Shown: positions 45,063-48,596 of the stretch, in pieces
Position numbering within the stretch: position 1 is the stretch's first letter
How the letters are laid out: each line of letters starts with the position of its first letter
Assembly: GCA_045535385.1 (NCBI GenBank)
Contig: JAZSLN010000036.1
Span: forward strand, 1 to 48,596
Origin: Eubacteriales bacterium
GTDB taxonomy: Bacteria; Bacillota; Clostridia; Oscillospirales; CAG-382
Reading direction: 5' to 3'
Length of the DNA: 48,596 bases
The notes under the pieces: generated by a model
Databases searched by the model: none
The model's input: only the letters and a program-made list of their open reading frames with translations
Told to the model about the DNA's origin: nothing
Translations under genes and position numbers: made by a program

Positions 45063-45094
45063 ATATTAGGGCGAGGATATCCTCGCTCTAATAT
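45063..45094 (+). promoter_or_regulatory. 14-bp stem hairpin between the SLH lipoprotein gene and the LCP gene
   Basis: ATATTAGGGCGAGG-ATAT-CCTCGCTCTAATAT, with one G.U pair. No U-tract. Its 3' arm ends 19 nt before the LCP start. Confidence 0.4.
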
Positions 45095-45113
45095 GTTTAT
45101 GGGAGAGATAAAT

Positions 45114-46442
45114 ATGGACGAAATGTCCGAAAAAAACGGAAAAACCGTTTCGGAAGATGAGTCGACCTCGTATATGAGCGCCGAGCAGCTTTCATCCGAG
45201 CCTGCTCCGACGGACTCCGAGCCCGAAGAGCAACCCAAAACGAAAAAGAAAAAATCGGCTTGGAAAAAGGTTCTCATCGTTTTGGCAATATTGCTTGCAC
45301 TGCTGCTTTTGGTCGTTGGCGGTGTTCTTTTTGCCGTGGAAAGATATGTCGACCATATGCTCGATTATATTTCTTACGAGGAAACCGAAGAGGAATGGTC
45401 GGGAGTTGATATCGATGACCCCGCCTACGGCCTTGACGATAATATGGGCATCGACGTTTCCGAGTTTGTCGACCCCGAAGCAGGAACAGATACCGATCCC
45501 GATTACAGCGGTGTCCCCGATGACGGCGGTTCGAGCAACGGTGGCGGCGGAAGCGGCGGAAGCAGCGGTGGCGGCGGAAATTATGTGCCCGCACCTCCGG
45601 AGCCACCCTACGAGCCCGATTACGAGATCCTCGACGGGCTGTTCGACGGCGATACGGTTACTGAGGCATACGATAAGGACGTTATAAATATTCTTCTTAT
45701 CGGCGCGGATACAATAAGCGGAAAAAGCGCACGAAGCGACACGATGATACTTATGTCGATAAACAACGTCAAAAAACGTATTGTCTTCACATCGTTTATG
45801 CGTGATACCTACGTTAAGATCCCCGGAAGAAAGGACAACCGTCTTAATGCGGCTTTTGCGGCAGGCGGACCCAATCTTCTTATAAAGACAATAAAGCTTA
45901 ATTTTGATATCGACGTCGACTATTACTTTATGGTAAGTATAAGCTCGTTCGAGCAGGCAGTCGACTCGATAGGCGGTATCGACCTTACCGTTAACGGCGA
46001 TAACTATAATTATTTCAAGGGTTGGAAGGAAATTAAGGGATTATCCGAGGCGAAGGCAACCGACGGTACGCATAAAATCCACTTGAACGGCGGTCAGGCG
46101 CTCGGATATGCGCGCTCGCGTAATTTCTCCAACGGCGACTTTACCCGAACTCTTCACCAGCGCGACCTTTTGAAACAATTTGCTTATCAATGTAAGGGCA
46201 AATCGCTTACCGAGCTTCACGGTTTGCTGAAATCGGTTCTTCCGTACGTCAAGACGAGTATGCCGAAAACGACGTTGAAATCGATGATATGGAATGTGCT
46301 TACGTATATTTCGTATAATATTACGGACGCCCGCGTGCCCTGCCCCGGCTCCTTCCAGTATGCCCGAATCAACGGCAGGGAAGTGCTTTCGGTAAACTTT
46401 GAAGCGAATAAAAAATATATCAAAGCGAAAATCTACGGATAA
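45114..46442 (+). CDS. LytR-CpsA-Psr (LCP) family cell-wall polymer transferase
   Basis: Start at MDEMSEK (GGGAGAG RBS). One TM segment, a Gly/Ser linker, then the LCP core NILLIGAD...RSDTMILMSIN...SFMRDTYV...NAAFAAGG. Confidence 0.85.
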   Translation: MDEMSEKNGKTVSEDESTSYMSAEQLSSEPAPTDSEPEEQPKTKKKKSAWKKVLIVLAILLALLLLVVGGVLFAVERYVDHMLDYISYEETEEEWSGVDIDDPAYGLDDNMGIDVSEFVDPEAGTDTDPDYSGVPDDGGSSNGGGGSGGSSGGGGNYVPAPPEPPYEPDYEILDGLFDGDTVTEAYDKDVINILLIGADTISGKSARSDTMILMSINNVKKRIVFTSFMRDTYVKIPGRKDNRLNAAFAAGGPNLLIKTIKLNFDIDVDYYFMVSISSFEQAVDSIGGIDLTVNGDNYNYFKGWKEIKGLSEAKATDGTHKIHLNGGQALGYARSRNFSNGDFTRTLHQRDLLKQFAYQCKGKSLTELHGLLKSVLPYVKTSMPKTTLKSMIWNVLTYISYNITDARVPCPGSFQYARINGREVLSVNFEANKKYIKAKIYG

Positions 46443-46455
46443 TCGGGAGGTAACT

Positions 46456-46992
46456 ATGAAAGGTATTAAAGCGATATTAAGTATCATTTTAGTTTGCTTT
46501 TTGACCTTCGCTTTATGCGGTTGTACTATTATTTCAAGCAAATACAAAATAGAAACCGAGGATACGAACGGAGAGGAAGACCATTCGCTCGCGGTAATAA
46601 CCGAGGATTATATTCGTTCGGACGATACCGAGTGTTATTGTGTGATCTATTTTTTGAATACCGATGGTGATAAAAGTTATGCTGACAAAGACTATACGCA
46701 TGATGCCGATAAGGTAGAAGCTTCGGCGGAATCGCCTATGTCGGGAGTTTCGATCATCCAAAGGACCTACGGCAAAGAGGAAACTGTCGTTTTTTCCGTG
46801 GATTGTAAGCGCACCAAAGGAAACCTAAGAATTGTATTGCTTGACGAGGACAGCAATATTATCCACGATTTTGATATCTCGGGTGAGTCTGAGTATAAAG
46901 TCGAAAACGCCAAAGGAAAAGCCTATGAAATACGCGCAGTAGGAGAAAGCGCGGAATTTGAAATCTCGGCATCAAGAGAATTTGTTTCATAA
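46456..46992 (+). CDS. Small lipoprotein of unknown function
   Basis: Start at MKGIKAILSIILVCFLTFALCGC (GGGAGG RBS and a lipobox). 178 aa. Confidence 0.65.
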   Translation: MKGIKAILSIILVCFLTFALCGCTIISSKYKIETEDTNGEEDHSLAVITEDYIRSDDTECYCVIYFLNTDGDKSYADKDYTHDADKVEASAESPMSGVSIIQRTYGKEETVVFSVDCKRTKGNLRIVLLDEDSNIIHDFDISGESEYKVENAKGKAYEIRAVGESAEFEISASREFVS

Positions 46993-47000
46993 ATAAATGT

Positions 47001-47032
47001 AAAACCTCTTTTCAAATACGAAAAGAGGTTTT
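47001..47032. terminator. Bidirectional rho-independent terminator
   Basis: AAAACCTCTTTT-CAAATACG-AAAAGAGGTTTT, followed by TTG. Confidence 0.75.
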
Positions 47033-47044
47033 TTGTATGGTCGT

Positions 47045-48025
47045 TTATCCGCAAATCATATTGTCGCAATTACCGTTTTTTGTATAGTCGGTAATGTTTT
47101 TCACAGTCGTTTCGGCGATATTGTTAAGCGCCTCCTCGGTCAGAAAGGCTTGGTGGGACGTTACGATAACGTTCGGCATCGAAATAAGCCTTGCGAGTAC
47201 GTCGTCGTCCATAATATCGTCCGATTTATCCTCGAAGAAAACCTCGGATTCTTCCTCGTATACGTCTAAGCAAGCCGCACCGATACGTCGTTTTTTGATG
47301 CCCGAAAGCAACGCCTCCGCATCGATAAGCGCTCCGCGGGAGGTGTTGATTATAACGACGTTCTTTTTCATAATATCTATTGCGTCCGAATCGATAATAT
47401 GTCTCGTTTCGTCGGTAAGAGGGCAATGGAGCGAGATAACGTCGCTTCTTTCGAAGATCTGTTTGAGAGGGACGTATTTTATATCCGATTTTTTGTCGGG
47501 ATATTTGTCGTAGGCAATAACGTTCATACCGAAGCCTTTACATATATTAATGAAAACGCGTCCGATACGTCCCGTACCGATAACACCGACGGTTTTTCCG
47601 TTCAGGTCGAAACCGGTAAGACCGCTGAGGCTGAAATTGTGGTCGCGCGTGCGGATATATGCTTTCGGAATTTTCCGCACCGACGCAAGCAAAAGCGCCA
47701 TAGCGTGCTCGGCGACGGCATAGGGAGAATAAGCGGGAACGTTGAAAACGGCTATCTTACCTTCGGCATACTTAATGTCAACGTTGTTGTAGCCCGCACA
47801 TCTTAATGCGATCATCCTTACTCCGAGCTCGCAAAGCTTATCGATTACGGTATAGTCGACGGTGTCGTTGACGAAAACGCAAACACCGTCGCAACCCGAA
47901 GCAAGGCTGACCGTATCTATATTGAGCTTTGTTTCGAAATACTTGAAAATTATATTTCCTCCGAGCGCATATTTATCGAAGGAAGCTTTATCGTAGGGCT
48001 TTGTGTCGAAAAATGCAAATTTCAT
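47045..48025 (-). CDS. ldhA: D-lactate dehydrogenase / D-isomer-specific 2-hydroxyacid dehydrogenase
   Basis: 326 aa. MKFAFFDTKPYD is a D-LDH N-terminus. NAD-binding motif VGVIGTGRIGRV. The catalytic region has NTSRG and TSHQAF. Confidence 0.85.
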   Translation of the reverse strand: MKFAFFDTKPYDKASFDKYALGGNIIFKYFETKLNIDTVSLASGCDGVCVFVNDTVDYTVIDKLCELGVRMIALRCAGYNNVDIKYAEGKIAVFNVPAYSPYAVAEHAMALLLASVRKIPKAYIRTRDHNFSLSGLTGFDLNGKTVGVIGTGRIGRVFINICKGFGMNVIAYDKYPDKKSDIKYVPLKQIFERSDVISLHCPLTDETRHIIDSDAIDIMKKNVVIINTSRGALIDAEALLSGIKKRRIGAACLDVYEEESEVFFEDKSDDIMDDDVLARLISMPNVIVTSHQAFLTEEALNNIAETTVKNITDYTKNGNCDNMICG

Positions 48026-48100
48026 AATAACATCACCTGTTTTTGTTTTTATTTGTTTGTTTTATTTTACCCAAACATTTGTGCAGAAATGCCTATTTTA

Positions 48101-48129
48101 TTGACTTTACATAATGTTTGGTGTAAAAT
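48101..48129 (+). promoter_or_regulatory. SigA-type promoter TTGACT-17-TAAAAT for the ABC transporter gene
   Basis: Hexamers and spacer were counted directly. An AGAGGAGG RBS lies at ~48143 and the ATG at 48160. Confidence 0.5.
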
Positions 48130-48159
48130 AAATTATACTCGAAAGAGGAGGTAATAATT

Positions 48160-48596
48160 ATGCTTGAAACAAAAGGATTAGTTAAGATATATAAGCCGAA
48201 AAAGGGCGTGCCCGTGCGTGCGCTCGACGGCGTTTCGCTCAAATTCCCCGATAAGGGAATGGTCTTCCTTTTAGGTAAATCGGGAAGCGGTAAGTCGACG
48301 CTTCTTAACCTGCTGGGCGGACTTGATAAATATGACGGCGGAGAAATCATTATAAAAAACGTTTCGTCGAAGGACTTTAAGCAACAGCATTTCGATTCCT
48401 ACCGCAATACTTACGTCGGATTTATTTTCCAGGAATATAACGTGCTCGACGATTTTACCGTCGGTGCAAATATCGCGCTTGCTATCGAGCTTCAGGGCAA
48501 AAAGGCGACCGATGAGGAATTAAACCGCATTCTCCACGAGGTTGACCTCGACGGATACGGCAACCGTCGTCCAAACGAATTGTCGGGCGGTCAGAA
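48160..48596 (+). CDS. ABC transporter ATP-binding protein (MacB/FtsE-like), 5' fragment running off the window
   Basis: Translation gives MLETKGLVKIYKPKKGVPVRALDGVSLKF...LLGKSGSGKSTLLN (Walker A) and then ...ELSGGQ (signature motif). Absent from the ORF track because there is no stop in the window. Confidence 0.85.
   Translation, partial: MLETKGLVKIYKPKKGVPVRALDGVSLKFPDKGMVFLLGKSGSGKSTLLNLLGGLDKYDGGEIIIKNVSSKDFKQQHFDSYRNTYVGFIFQEYNVLDDFTVGANIALAIELQGKKATDEELNRILHEVDLDGYGNRRPNELSGGQ

Noticed and set aside
1-48596. Search for CRISPR arrays, tRNA/rRNA genes, transposases, integrases and known defence-system genes.
   Set aside because: No repeat-spacer periodicity and no T-loop or acceptor structures are present. 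No DDE, tyrosine or serine recombinase motifs appear in any ORF. No nuclease, ATPase or methylase clusters typical of defence islands were seen.

Overview
A 48.6-kb chromosomal segment from a sporulating, dockerin-encoding Clostridia, most likely Oscillospiraceae or Ruminococcus-like. That placement rests on gene content, the dockerin repeats and Firmicutes-type synteny, and was not checked by any search. About 85% of genes are on the minus strand. Most of the window is conserved housekeeping: nadD-yqeK-rsfS-leuS, yebC, argS, rnj, murA, rlmH, tcdA, rqcH, nif3, split transketolase, the B. subtilis-like block yggS-sepF-yggT-divIVA-ileS-lspA-rluD, miaA, mnmA and ldhA. Sporulation genes are also present (a YaaH/SleL-like LysM-GH18 gene and spoIIE). 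I saw no tRNA, rRNA, CRISPR, transposase or integrase. Four things stand out. (1) A complete but sequence-divergent T-box leader with an AUC (Ile) specifier sits in front of a fused XRE-HTH + cupin + medium-chain acyl-CoA synthetase gene, while ileS, argS and leuS have no leader. I propose Ile-starvation-induced activation of 2-methylbutyrate. (2) A BlaI/BlaR1-like (M56) pair lacks a penicillin-binding sensor. Its extracellular C-terminus carries a three-module beta-sandwich cassette that recurs in a nearby lipoprotein. That lipoprotein in turn shares a twice-repeated ~105-aa domain with the adjacent dockerin protein. (3) A 281-bp non-coding element between rluD and tkt has about 38 bp of nested long-range pairing, which is better on the plus strand. 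(4) An AT-rich three-gene islet encodes secreted proteins. All calls come from reading the sequence and ORF translations. No database search or folding program was run.
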